64,000 nucleotides of DNA, taken from the NCBI GenBank assembly GCA_963702845.1, contig OY969763.1, positions 352,001 to 416,000 of the forward strand. Direction: 5' to 3'. The position numbers and the translations under genes are program-made. Source of the DNA: an uncultured Verrucomicrobiae bacterium. Lineage in GTDB: Bacteria; Verrucomicrobiota; Verrucomicrobiia; Limisphaerales; Palsa-1400. Shown piece by piece: positions 29,914-40,490 of the stretch. The notes under the pieces are model-generated. The model saw only the letters and a list, made by a program, of their open reading frames with translations, did not search any database and was not told the DNA's origin. How positions within the stretch are numbered: the first letter of the stretch is position 1; each line of letters opens with the position of its first letter.

Positions 29914-31466
29914 TTCTTCCAATCGTCGGTGCGAAATGGCGTCGCTGGAAGGCCTGCGCCATTATATAAGCTGAATTCAGGATTGGCGGCCCACGCGTAA
30001 CGCACCGCTATCGGATGCTGGACGTCCGGATGAGAGATGATGACGTTGTTTCCCTCGATTTTGGCATTCGCGCGAGTCCATTTATGATCTGCACCGGCGA
30101 TCGCAAATCCTTTCAGGGCCTGGCCATTTGTCGTCAGGCCGCCATTCGCATATTTGAATGAAACGACGACGTTGCTGCCTTTGATTCTGAAACCAGTCGG
30201 TAACGGCCCGGAAGCAATAGCGCCCTTGTCACTGTAAACATCCGAGAGCGCCCACATCGCCAGACGCTTGCCGACGTCTTGTTTGTTTTTTGGATGGATA
30301 TCCCTCGCGTCGCCGAGCCCTAGAGTGATTGCCATTCCAGTGTGAGAAACGTTTAACGTTTTGAGCATTTCGTCGCGAACGGTTGGCCAGCCGCCCGGCT
30401 CGACGGGTTCGCGTTGCGGTTCCAGAAACTCAGGCAGCTGCACCCAGGCAAATGGAAAATCGTAGCTCCAACGCGCGCGCCAGTCCGCGATCATCGTTCT
30501 GAGCTGCAGACCATAGATTGTTGGGAATTTCCCGACCGCATTGTTTTCGCCCTGATACCAAACAGCACCGCGAATGGCATATGGAATCAAAGGTGAAATC
30601 ATGCCATTGTAGAGATTCGCTGGAAAATTTTGGTTAAGACGCGGGTTCGTTGGCTTTTGCGGCTCGCGCGGCGGAGTCGTGTGTTCACGCTTGGCTTTCT
30701 TCACAGCCGCGACCCAACGCGTTTTTTGTTGTTCGTAGTCCGCAGTCGCTTTGGCTTCGTCCCAATTCTTGGAGGTAAGTTCGAACCAATCAGCCGAGAT
30801 CGTGAGGAATTCGGGCAAAGGCGTTTGTGCATTCATACTGGTCCACGCTTCGATGGCCGTTCCGCCCCAGGACGAATTGATCAGGCCGACAGGCACCTTA
30901 AGATGTTGATGGATTTCGCGGCCAAAAAAGTAAGCCACGGCCGAAAATTTTCCAACGGATTCCGGAGAGCATATCACCCATGCGCCGGTGCACTCGGATT
31001 GCGCCGTCGCGCGGGAATTTGGTCCAACGGTGAACATTCGGATCGATGGAAAATTGGCCGTTGCTTTTTCAGCATCGAAATTCTTGCTGCTTTCGACAGT
31101 CATGCCCATGTTGGATTGGCCCGAACAAAGCCAGACTTCGCCGATCAATACATCGTGCACCAAGATTTTATTTTTGCCCTCAACGCTCAACGTGGTGGGT
31201 GCGCCGGTTTTGAGCTTTTTTAGTTTCACCATCCATTTTCCATGCTTATCGGCCCGCGTGCGTTGAACCTGCTCCTCTATTTTGATGGTCACTTCCTCAC
31301 CTGGATCGGCCCAACCCCAAACTGGAACAGTGACATCGCTCTGCAAAACCATATGGTCGCTGAACATCGCCGGCAGCCGGACATCGGCAAATACATTTGT
31401 CGCGGCGAGAATGAACGTGATTACGGTTGCATACCAGCAAGCGCCATAGTGTTGCGAGGTCCTCAT
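29910..31466 (-). CDS. Sialate O-acetylesterase-family (SASA) esterase
   Basis: GEVWLCSGQSNM, WGGT.IEAW, WYQGE, DIHP, RYAW. Confidence 0.9.
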   Translation of the reverse strand: MRTSQHYGACWYATVITFILAATNVFADVRLPAMFSDHMVLQSDVTVPVWGWADPGEEVTIKIEEQVQRTRADKHGKWMVKLKKLKTGAPTTLSVEGKNKILVHDVLIGEVWLCSGQSNMGMTVESSKNFDAEKATANFPSIRMFTVGPNSRATAQSECTGAWVICSPESVGKFSAVAYFFGREIHQHLKVPVGLINSSWGGTAIEAWTSMNAQTPLPEFLTISADWFELTSKNWDEAKATADYEQQKTRWVAAVKKAKREHTTPPREPQKPTNPRLNQNFPANLYNGMISPLIPYAIRGAVWYQGENNAVGKFPTIYGLQLRTMIADWRARWSYDFPFAWVQLPEFLEPQREPVEPGGWPTVRDEMLKTLNVSHTGMAITLGLGDARDIHPKNKQDVGKRLAMWALSDVYSDKGAIASGPLPTGFRIKGSNVVVSFKYANGGLTTNGQALKGFAIAGADHKWTRANAKIEGNNVIISHPDVQHPIAVRYAWAANPEFSLYNGAGLPATPFRTDDWKN

Positions 31467-31647
31467 ATTGGTTCGGGATTTGATGTGCGAAACTGTGGCC
31501 GAAATTTCACTTCAGCGAAATAGTTTTGTGGAGTTGCCTTCTAATGTTCGTTGTCTTTATGCCCTATGGAGGATCGAATGAGCGTTTTTCACCTGAAATT
31601 ATTGATTTTCTTTGAAGAAGAACGCTGGCCGTGCCATCAAAGAGGGG

Positions 31648-34600
31648 ATGCCATCCGCTCCCTTTAGACGAAGTGTTCCTGCTGTTTTAGTTTTGGTCGT
31701 GGTTTGTTGGTTTTTTCGCTCGCTTGCAGCAGCCGAAGCAGCCCCATCAGGTTCGGCACTGCCGAAAGTTCAGCCGGGCTGGAAGGTTTCGCTCGTTGCC
31801 GAACCGCCCCAATTGATTCATCCGAGCGTGGTGTGTTGTGTGCCGGATGGTCGGGTCTTTGTTGCGCAGGACCCGATTGATATGGGGTTGCCGAGTAATT
31901 CTTCTGGCGACAGCATCCTGTGCTTTCATCCCGATGGGCATGTCACTCTTTTTGCGACGAATCTCCACGCCGTGTTTGGTCTGGCCTATATCGATGGGAA
32001 ATTGTTCGTTCATCACACGCCGGATTTCAGTGTTTTTACGGATGACAACGGCGTGGGCAAAGAGCGTAAGGATTTGTTCACTACCAACCCCGATCCGAAT
32101 CTAAAAGGCACCGGTTTCAACGACCACATTCCATCGAACATACGCTTGGGCATGGACGGCTGGTTTTACATGAGCACCGGGGACAAGGGCATTTATGGCG
32201 CGGTAGGAAAAGACGGCAGCAAAGTGAATCTACAGGGTGGGGGAGTCATGCGCTTTCGTCCCGACGGAACCCACCTGGAGATTTATGCGAATGGAACGCG
32301 CAATCATTTGGATGTCGCGATCAACGCCGAGGACGAAATTTTCACTTACGATAATACTGATGACGGCCTCGGTTGGTGGACCCGTGTGACGCATATGGTG
32401 GACGGCGGCTATTATGGTTATCCCTACGATTATAAAACCCGGCAGCCTTATACGCTTTGGATGATTGGAGATTACGGCGGTGGATCGCCCACTGGCGCGA
32501 TGGCCTACAACGAGGATGCTTTGCCCGAAGAATATCGCGGCAATTTGTTCCTTTGCGACTGGGGCCGAAGCCAGTTACTTCGCCTCCGCGTTTCGCGCGA
32601 GGGTGGATCTTACAAGATTGATTCGCGGGTTAAAACTAATGGGCTGGATTTCCTTAGCCAGGGCGACAAGCCGTTCCGGCCTGTTGGGATTGCGGTCGCG
32701 CCCGATGGTCTGAGTTTTTACGTTGCCGATTGGAATTTCACTGGCTGGAGAAAAAACGAGACTGCCGGGCGTTTGTTGAAGGTGACTTACACGGGTCCAA
32801 GCCAGGGCACACCCAAGCCCGAGTGGTTCGTTCCGGCTGCGATGGGGAAATCATTTCAAGCAAGCAACGATGAATTGATCGCCGGGTTGAGACATCCCGC
32901 TCAAAGTGTGCGGATGGTGGCGCAGCGCCGGCTTGCCGAACGCGGACAGGCCGTGGCACCTGCACTCACTGCGTTGCTCGCGGATGCTAAGGCACCGGCT
33001 TACTCGCGTTGGCATGCGATTTGGACTTTGGATGCTTTGGACGGCGGCACGGGTGCCCGGCAGGAAATTATTGCGGTTGCTGGTGGCGATCCAGATGTAT
33101 CGGTTCGCGCGCAGGCGATTCGCCAGTTGGGAACAGCGCGAGCGCGTGACGCGGTGAAAACGTTGAGCGGCGCGCTTAAGGATTCAAATCTTGAAATTCG
33201 TTTTCGCGCGGCAACGGCGTTGGGGCGCATCGGTGATATTGCGGCAGTGCCCGATTTGATTTCCGCGCTCGACGAAAGAGATTTGTTCACGCGCTATTCG
33301 GTTTTTACGGCGTTGAACCGGATTGGGAAGTCAGACACGAATTCATGGACCGCGATTGCAGCCGGGTTGCAAAGCACCAATGCAACAGTGCGTCAGGGGA
33401 CGTTGTTCGCGATGCGCGAAACTTACGATGACCAAAACGTTAAGGCGCTCGCCGCATTCGTCGCATCAATGCAGTGGCCTGCCGAATCTCGCGCACAGGT
33501 GTTAACGAACCTCGCTGAGTTGCATCGCCAACGTCCGGCTTGGACCGGCGGTTGGTGGTTAACTCAGCCGGCGAATGCCGCACCGCCCGCAAAGACTGTG
33601 CAATGGGCCGGAACTCCGAGCGTCATGGCCAGCCTCACCAACGCCCTGAAGGATACTCAAATAGCAGTGCGGCGTGCTTCCCTCGAGGCATTGGCATTGG
33701 TTGGCGAGGCCAATGTTACCGGTGCGGTTTGCGAAATGTATCCGAGTGAAGGCACGGAGTTGAAACGCGCGATCCTTAAAACTCTCGGCGGTTTGGGTGG
33801 AACGAATTCTGGCGCGTTGGTCGCTGAAATTTTGGCGGATCCAGCGAAAAATTCGGACGTGTTGCCGGACGCGATCGATGCTGCGGGTCGCATCAAGGTG
33901 AAGGCTTCGACTGCGGCGCTGATCAATCTCGCTTCGGTCACGAAGGATAACGGGACGACGATCCTGATCCTGCACGCTTTGGGTGAGGCGAGATCAGCCG
34001 ACGCCGTTAGCGTCGTCGCGAAAATGCTTCGGCATTCGGATTCGAAAGTTCGCCACGATGCCGCCGAGGCGCTGGCTTCCATTGGAGGTATGGCTGCACT
34101 CGACGCCGTCACCGCGTTGCTTTCGGATGCGGATAAAGATTGCCGTCACGCTGCAATCACCGCGGCCGGCCTCTTGAAAGACAAACGGATTGTGCCGCAA
34201 CTTCTGGAATCGTATCAAACAACGGAATACAAAGCCGATGCCCTTGAGGCGCTGACCAAGCTTCCAGACGTAAATGCGTTGAGCGCTTATCTCGATGGCC
34301 TCAACAGTCCCACTGATGCGGTGCGCAACAACTGCCGCACTGCGATTGAAAGAATTCGCGAAACTGTATTGAGTGTGATCGAGGAAAAAGATCGCACCAA
34401 GCCGTTCACCGGCCAGGCACGCGCAGCTTTGCAACGGGTTTACAATTATAGTGAAGCCGCGAAAAAGGGTCCGTTGTTTAAAGGCGCATTGAAAGTTGAA
34501 GCCTATGTCAACTTCGCAGAGAAAACACACGGCGATGCCGTCCGCGGCCAAAAGGTTTTTGGCGGGCCGGTCGGTTGCGTAACGTGTCATCGCATCGACG

Positions 34601-34950
34601 GCAAGGGCGGCGAGGTCGGTCCGGAACTCACCGGCGTGGCAGCGAAATATAATCGCACTTTCCTGGTGGAATCGGTTCTATACCCATCAAAACAAATCCT
34701 CGACGGCTACCATAGCACGGTCATCACTACGAAAGATGATGAGTCCTACACCGGTTTTGTTCGCGCCGAGAATTCGCGCGAGTTGACTCTGCTGCAAGGC
34801 TCCGGCGAAAAGCGCGTCATCAAGAAAAATCAAATTGTGACGCGTGCTGAGGGTAAGCTGTCGGTCATGCCAGAAGGTTTGCAGGCGGCGATGTCATTGT
34901 CTGATTTTGCCGACCTTGTCGCTTACCTCGAATCGTTGAAGGAAAAATAA
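31648..34950 (+). CDS. PVC-type heme-binding protein (dehydrogenase-like beta-propeller, HEAT repeats, cytochrome c)
   Basis: N-terminal propeller (GTRN..D), HEAT-like helical repeats, CVTCH, GPELT, SVMPEGL. Confidence 0.85.
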   Translation: MPSAPFRRSVPAVLVLVVVCWFFRSLAAAEAAPSGSALPKVQPGWKVSLVAEPPQLIHPSVVCCVPDGRVFVAQDPIDMGLPSNSSGDSILCFHPDGHVTLFATNLHAVFGLAYIDGKLFVHHTPDFSVFTDDNGVGKERKDLFTTNPDPNLKGTGFNDHIPSNIRLGMDGWFYMSTGDKGIYGAVGKDGSKVNLQGGGVMRFRPDGTHLEIYANGTRNHLDVAINAEDEIFTYDNTDDGLGWWTRVTHMVDGGYYGYPYDYKTRQPYTLWMIGDYGGGSPTGAMAYNEDALPEEYRGNLFLCDWGRSQLLRLRVSREGGSYKIDSRVKTNGLDFLSQGDKPFRPVGIAVAPDGLSFYVADWNFTGWRKNETAGRLLKVTYTGPSQGTPKPEWFVPAAMGKSFQASNDELIAGLRHPAQSVRMVAQRRLAERGQAVAPALTALLADAKAPAYSRWHAIWTLDALDGGTGARQEIIAVAGGDPDVSVRAQAIRQLGTARARDAVKTLSGALKDSNLEIRFRAATALGRIGDIAAVPDLISALDERDLFTRYSVFTALNRIGKSDTNSWTAIAAGLQSTNATVRQGTLFAMRETYDDQNVKALAAFVASMQWPAESRAQVLTNLAELHRQRPAWTGGWWLTQPANAAPPAKTVQWAGTPSVMASLTNALKDTQIAVRRASLEALALVGEANVTGAVCEMYPSEGTELKRAILKTLGGLGGTNSGALVAEILADPAKNSDVLPDAIDAAGRIKVKASTAALINLASVTKDNGTTILILHALGEARSADAVSVVAKMLRHSDSKVRHDAAEALASIGGMAALDAVTALLSDADKDCRHAAITAAGLLKDKRIVPQLLESYQTTEYKADALEALTKLPDVNALSAYLDGLNSPTDAVRNNCRTAIERIRETVLSVIEEKDRTKPFTGQARAALQRVYNYSEAAKKGPLFKGALKVEAYVNFAEKTHGDAVRGQKVFGGPVGCVTCHRIDGKGGEVGPELTGVAAKYNRTFLVESVLYPSKQILDGYHSTVITTKDDESYTGFVRAENSRELTLLQGSGEKRVIKKNQIVTRAEGKLSVMPEGLQAAMSLSDFADLVAYLESLKEK

Positions 34951-35089
34951 AGACGGTCGCGGTGCATTCGGTCAGCCACTCGCCGCGTTTAAAATAGCCG
35001 GCCGTTTCACGCAAAGATACAAAGATGCAAAGGCGCGAGTTCCTCCTCTTGTCAGAAGCCTTGAAACCCGCGATTATATAGTGGAAAGA

Positions 35090-35335
35090 ATGAAGCCGAG
35101 TAAGATTCGTTTATTTGTTAAGCCGTGGTGCGGTTGGTGCCAGGAAGCGGAGGAATGGCTGGACGATCGTAAGATCGAATACGAAACCCTCGATGTCACC
35201 AATGATCGTGCGGCGCGCCAGGAGATGTTGGAGCTTTCCGGCCAGACGCTCGCGCCCGTCATTGAAGTCGATGGCGAGATTCTAGCTGACTTTGATACGG
35301 GGCAACTGGCAAAGTTTTGGCAGAAATTTGAATGA
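35090..35335 (+). CDS. Glutaredoxin-family protein
   Basis: CGWC, SGQTLAPVI.VDG. Confidence 0.85.
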   Translation: MKPSKIRLFVKPWCGWCQEAEEWLDDRKIEYETLDVTNDRAARQEMLELSGQTLAPVIEVDGEILADFDTGQLAKFWQKFE

Positions 35336-36213
35336 CCTCCGCGCCCACACAACCACCTCGTCCGCGCCTTCCCGAATGGCTGCGCATCAAACTGCCGACC
35401 AACGATACTTACGCCCGCACGCGCTCTTTGCTCGATGAACTGAAACTGCACACGGTTTGCGAAAGTGCCAAGTGTCCGAATCACTGGGAATGTTGGGCCA
35501 AAGGAACGGCGACTTTCATGATCGCGGGCGACCATTGCACGCGAGCTTGTAAGTTCTGCGCCGTCAGCACGGCGAAGCCGCTGCCTTTGGAAATCGACGA
35601 ACCTGACCGCGTAGCCGAAGCAACTCAGCGGATGGGGCTCAAACACGTGGTCATCACGGCGGTCGCTCGCGACGATATTGCGGATGGAGGTGCGGACCAT
35701 TTTCGTCAGACCATCGAACGCGTGCGCGAACTGAATCCCGGAATCGTCATTGAAGTGCTCGTGCCGGATTTTCTGGATCGCGATGAATCGATTCGCACCG
35801 TTCTCACCGCGAATCCGCATATATATAATCACAATTTGGAAACCGTTCGGCGGTTGACGCCGTCGGTGCGACATCGGGCCACGTACGACCGATCGTTGAG
35901 CGTGCTGCGCAAAGTGAAAGACTGGCGCGGTGATTCGATTTATACAAAGTCAGGCATCATGCTCGGGCTTGGCGAGACCGAACCGGAAATTGATCAAGCA
36001 ATGCGCGATTTGCGCGGGAGCGGGTGCAACATTTTGACGTTGGGCCAGTATCTTCAACCGACGCTGGCGCATTTGCCGGTGACGGAATTTGTCAGCCCGG
36101 CAAAATTCGCGGACTACAAGGCCAAGGCGGAGGCAATGGGTTTCGTCCACGTTGCCGCTGGACCGATGGTTCGCAGTTCTTATCACGCGGACGAATTCAG
36201 GTTGCCTGGGTAG
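35332..36213 (+). CDS. lipA: Lipoyl synthase
   Basis: CESAKCPNHWEC, CTRACKFC, VRSSYHA. Confidence 0.96.
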   Translation: MTSAPTQPPRPRLPEWLRIKLPTNDTYARTRSLLDELKLHTVCESAKCPNHWECWAKGTATFMIAGDHCTRACKFCAVSTAKPLPLEIDEPDRVAEATQRMGLKHVVITAVARDDIADGGADHFRQTIERVRELNPGIVIEVLVPDFLDRDESIRTVLTANPHIYNHNLETVRRLTPSVRHRATYDRSLSVLRKVKDWRGDSIYTKSGIMLGLGETEPEIDQAMRDLRGSGCNILTLGQYLQPTLAHLPVTEFVSPAKFADYKAKAEAMGFVHVAAGPMVRSSYHADEFRLPG

Positions 36214-36428
36214 TCCGCGCGCTGCGCCGTTTGCTCGTTCTAGTTTTCCCGTTTAAGTAACCCTGTCTGCTCGCTGTAAGAGGCTTAACTGCAGCATCTT
36301 GCAGACAGCTTCGTTCCCCCGCGATGCGTCGCCTTTTGTAAAGCATTCTCGGCGCCTGTAGAGAATGGCATTCCCCCTGCTAATTGTTTGTCAAGAAACG
36401 GTGCAGCTACTGAGCGGGTACGAATGCT

Positions 36429-37883
36429 ATGGTTTTCAGTTCTACAATTTTTTTATTTTTATTTTTGCCGGTTGTTTTGACGCTTTATGGAGTCTTTCCA
36501 AGTCTCCGCGTCAAAAACCTGTGGCTTGTGCTCATCAGCATCGTCTTCTACGCATGGGGCGATATTGGATTTCTTCCTGTTTTGCTCGGCTCGATTTTTC
36601 TTAATTACATTTTCGGATTACTTCTCGATCGCGAGAATCGCCCGACCCGCAGAAAGATTATTCTGATAGCTGCACTCGTTCTAAATATTGGGCTTCTTTG
36701 TTGTTTTAAATATCTCAATTTGGTTGGAGAGACCTTCAATACTCTCCGTGTCGTTTATCATTTAGCACCTGTTCAATGGCAAGCGGTCCAATTGCCAATT
36801 GGCATTTCGTTTTTAACGTTCCATGCAATCTCCTATGTAATGGATGTCTATCGTCGCAAAAGTAATGCGGCCCGCAATCCATCTTCTGTAGCTCTTTACA
36901 TTCTATTCTTCCCGCAGCTTATTGCCGGGCCAATTCTTCGTTGGAGCGCTATTGCACCGCAAATCGCATCCCGATGCGCAACGCGGGCCAAATTCGCCGA
37001 AGGAATTCGTCGGTTTGGCTACGGTTTCGCGAAAAAAATGCTTATCGCGAACGCTGTTGCGCTGCCGGCCAACAAAATCTTTGCTTTGCCCACATCGGAG
37101 CTTTCGCCTGCATTAGCGTGGTTTGGCGCATTATGTTACACGTTGCAGATTTATTATGATTTCTCGGGTTACTCGGACATGGCGATCGGGATGGGGAAAA
37201 TGTTTGGATTCGATTTCATAGAGAACTTCAATTTCCCGTACATCGCGCAATCGATTCAGGATTTCTGGCGGCGCTGGCATATTTCGCTTTCCAGTTGGTT
37301 TCGAGATTATCTATACATCCCGCTTGGTGGAAATCGTTGTTCCAAGATGCGGAACTTTCTCAATCTCGTGCTCGTCTTCTTTCTTTGCGGGTTGTGGCAT
37401 GGAGCCAGTTTGACGTTTGTGATATGGGGCCTTTATCACGGAATTTTTCTGGTGCTGGAACGAACACGTTGGGGTGCATTCATCGCATCACTGTCCAGTC
37501 CGTTTCGGCATTTTTATGCGCTGTTGATCGTCACGATTGGCTGGGTCTTTTTCCGCGCTGCTACGTTCGGGGGAGCGGTTATGTTCTTGGGTTTTATGTT
37601 TGGCTTCCGGCAGGTCTCCGTAACCAGCCGATCAGTGAATATGCATCTTACGCATCAAGTGGCCTGGGCAATCGTGATTGGAATCCTGTTTTCGATGCCG
37701 GTCTATTCCTGGCTGAAAGAAAAGTGGAACGGCCTTGCAACGAAGCTGCCCGCGAAGACCGAAGTAGCAGCTCAAAGCTTTGGTTTAGTCGCGGAACCTG
37801 TGCTCCTCATTGTGATACTTGTTATGTCCGCGGTGTGGCTTGCCGGGGGAACTTATAATCCTTTTATCTACTTTAAATTTTGA
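36429..37883 (+). CDS. MBOAT O-acyltransferase, AlgI/DltB-like
   Basis: LPIGISF, FPQLIAGPI, DFSGYSDMA, FWRRWHISLS, GLWHG. Confidence 0.92.
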   Translation: MVFSSTIFLFLFLPVVLTLYGVFPSLRVKNLWLVLISIVFYAWGDIGFLPVLLGSIFLNYIFGLLLDRENRPTRRKIILIAALVLNIGLLCCFKYLNLVGETFNTLRVVYHLAPVQWQAVQLPIGISFLTFHAISYVMDVYRRKSNAARNPSSVALYILFFPQLIAGPILRWSAIAPQIASRCATRAKFAEGIRRFGYGFAKKMLIANAVALPANKIFALPTSELSPALAWFGALCYTLQIYYDFSGYSDMAIGMGKMFGFDFIENFNFPYIAQSIQDFWRRWHISLSSWFRDYLYIPLGGNRCSKMRNFLNLVLVFFLCGLWHGASLTFVIWGLYHGIFLVLERTRWGAFIASLSSPFRHFYALLIVTIGWVFFRAATFGGAVMFLGFMFGFRQVSVTSRSVNMHLTHQVAWAIVIGILFSMPVYSWLKEKWNGLATKLPAKTEVAAQSFGLVAEPVLLIVILVMSAVWLAGGTYNPFIYFKF

Positions 37884-39034
37884 GCGACGAATCAACATCT
37901 CATTTATTGGAGAAACGGCGCTCCGTCGTGACGATCGTATTTGTTGCGATCTTTTTTATTTTTCTATGGCTGCCGACAATGGACGTGCTCTTTTATCAGG
38001 ACAAGGTTCCGCAAGTGAACGAAAAGCGTGTCTTGGCTCGTTTTCCAGTCTTTGGATCAGGCATCTCGGGGATGCGGCACTTCATCACTGGCTTAGAAGG
38101 ATACTACAATGACCATTTTGGCTTTCGGAAGCGGCTAATCTATTGGGGAGAACGTTGGCGGCTGAGTTGGTTTAATGAATCACCGACTGGCAATGTCATG
38201 GTGGGCCAGAACGGATGGTTGTACTACCAGGACGATCAATCTGTGGCCGACATGCGTCGGGCAAGCTCGTTCAGTGTCAAACAGCTTCAGGCCTGGAAAT
38301 CTCTTCTGGAAAATCGACGCTATTGGCTGGCTAAACGTGGCATTCACTATGTTTTTGTTGTTCCACCTGACAAACACAACGTCTACCCGGAATATCTTCC
38401 CGATTGGATCAAGCCTGTCGGAACAGTCACTCGCCTGGACCAATTCATGGAGTACATGAAAAGAAACTCCACTGTTTCGGTTCTCGATTTGCGTCAGCCG
38501 CTTTTACACGCGAAACGAAATGGGGTTATTTATTTTCAAACCGATACGCATTGGAATGAGCAGGGTGGATTCGTCGGTTACCAGGAGTTAATCCATTCAC
38601 TTTCGGCTCAGATGCCGGGAATCAAACCTCTCCCGATGACCGCTTTTGACATCGCAACCAATTCGCAACCCGGCGGCAATCTTGCCTCCATGCTCGCTCA
38701 AGATAAATTGGTGACGGAAAAATATGGGGCGACCTTTTCAGCCCGCCCTCCGCTTCAGCAGCTGGTATTACACAAAAATAGTTCGGGCGTTGCAACCCTT
38801 TCCAGCACCAATTCTAATGCGACCGGGAAAGCGGTTGTTTTTCGTGATTCATATTCGGAAGCCTGGGCTCCTTTCATCGGCTACCATTTCAACGAGGTCA
38901 TCTACCGGTGGCAATATAGATGGGATTGTTCGCTTATTGAAAAAGAGAAGCCGATTGTCGTTATTGATGAATTGTTGGAACATTATTTCTACCAACAAAA
39001 CCCAGAGACGCTCGCTTCCAAGGAACGAATATAG
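37880..39034 (+). CDS. AlgJ/AlgX-like SGNH O-acetyltransferase
   Basis: N-terminal TM, NDHFGFR, GQNGWLY, PDK..VYPE, TDTHWN, RDS. Confidence 0.85.
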   Translation: MSDESTSHLLEKRRSVVTIVFVAIFFIFLWLPTMDVLFYQDKVPQVNEKRVLARFPVFGSGISGMRHFITGLEGYYNDHFGFRKRLIYWGERWRLSWFNESPTGNVMVGQNGWLYYQDDQSVADMRRASSFSVKQLQAWKSLLENRRYWLAKRGIHYVFVVPPDKHNVYPEYLPDWIKPVGTVTRLDQFMEYMKRNSTVSVLDLRQPLLHAKRNGVIYFQTDTHWNEQGGFVGYQELIHSLSAQMPGIKPLPMTAFDIATNSQPGGNLASMLAQDKLVTEKYGATFSARPPLQQLVLHKNSSGVATLSSTNSNATGKAVVFRDSYSEAWAPFIGYHFNEVIYRWQYRWDCSLIEKEKPIVVIDELLEHYFYQQNPETLASKERI

Positions 39035-39094
39035 GTCCTCGACTTCTCTATCGTAACTTTCGCCGTCCGTGGTTATATTGCTCGTTCTAAAACG

Positions 39095-40396
39095 GTGAAC
39101 GTTACACACAGAACATCTCAGTTGCGCGACCTGGACTATTCCGTCGTTCAACAATGTATGCATTGCGGACTATGCCTTCCCACCTGCCCGACATACGACG
39201 CGACCAAGCTCGAACGCAATAGTCCTCGAGGCCGCATTTCATTGATGCGCGCGATTGCCGATGGCCGGCTCGAAGCGACCAAAGCGTTCGCCGACGAAAT
39301 GTATTTCTGCCTCGGCTGCCTCGCGTGCATGACGGCGTGTCCAGCCGGCGTTAACTACGCTGAACTTTTTGAACACGCTCGCGCTGAGGCCGAAGAGAGT
39401 CGCGTGTTGAACAATCCCAAGCGCAGTTTCATCCGCGCGCTCACGTTGCGCTGGCTGTTTTTCGACATGGGCCGGTTGCAGTTGCTCGGGGCGGCCATTC
39501 GACTGTATCAGCAACTCGGATTGCAGTCTTTGCTTCGCAACAGCGGCGTTTTGAATTTGCTACCGAAACGCATGCGCGAGTTGGAAGCGATGACGCCCGC
39601 CATTCAACCGCAGTTTTCATCAGAGCTGATTGCTCCCCTCACACACGCCAGCGGTGAAAAAAAATATCGCGTTGCAGTGCTGACCGGTTGCGCGCAGGAC
39701 CTGATGTTCAGCAACGTGAACCGCGACACGGTGGAAGTGCTTTCGCGGAACGGCTGCGAAGTTGTGACGCCGGCGGAGCAAAACTGCTGTGGCTCTTTGC
39801 ACGCGCACAATGGCGAATTGGAAATGGCCCGCGCGCTCGCTCGCAAAAATATTGAGCAATTTCCGCCCGACAAGTTCGACGCCATCATCACTAACGCCGC
39901 TGGTTGCGGTTCGCATCTTAAGCATTACTCGCATTTGCTCGGGGAAGATTCGCATTACGCCGATCGCGCGAAAGCATGGGACAAAAAGCTGAAGGACGTC
40001 CACGAATGGCTCGCGCAAATAGGCATCCAAACTCCCCCGCAACGCGAAGTGCAGACGGTAACCTATCACGAGGCCTGCCATTTGTGCCACGGGCAAAAAA
40101 TCACTGCGCAACCGCGTCAGGTATTGAAATCCATTCCAAATTTAAAACTGGTTGAGCTTCCTGAAAGCAATTGGTGTTGCGGCAGCGCGGGTATTTACAA
40201 TTTGCTCCAGCCCGAAATGGCCAATCAACTTCTCGACCGCAAACTCGGCCACATCAAAACGACCAAGGCGCGGATCGTCGCGAGCGCGAATCCCGGCTGC
40301 CTAGCGCACATGGTCAACGGTGTGCGTCGCCACGAAATGTCGGTGCGTCTCGTCCACCCTATTACGCTTCTTGCCGAAGCGTATCGCGGCGAGTAG
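39095..40396 (+). CDS. glcF: Glycolate oxidase Fe-S subunit-like protein
   Basis: Two 4Fe-4S motifs (CMHCGLCLPTCP, CLGCLACMTACP) and two CCG domains. Confidence 0.85.
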   Translation: MNVTHRTSQLRDLDYSVVQQCMHCGLCLPTCPTYDATKLERNSPRGRISLMRAIADGRLEATKAFADEMYFCLGCLACMTACPAGVNYAELFEHARAEAEESRVLNNPKRSFIRALTLRWLFFDMGRLQLLGAAIRLYQQLGLQSLLRNSGVLNLLPKRMRELEAMTPAIQPQFSSELIAPLTHASGEKKYRVAVLTGCAQDLMFSNVNRDTVEVLSRNGCEVVTPAEQNCCGSLHAHNGELEMARALARKNIEQFPPDKFDAIITNAAGCGSHLKHYSHLLGEDSHYADRAKAWDKKLKDVHEWLAQIGIQTPPQREVQTVTYHEACHLCHGQKITAQPRQVLKSIPNLKLVELPESNWCCGSAGIYNLLQPEMANQLLDRKLGHIKTTKARIVASANPGCLAHMVNGVRRHEMSVRLVHPITLLAEAYRGE

Positions 40397-40490
40397 CCCG
40401 ATTTGACCTCGGTCAACGCCGACCGTCCCGCAGCTAAATTAACTACGTTCCTCGTGTAACCGTACTGCCTCCGGCATCCTCTGTTACGCT

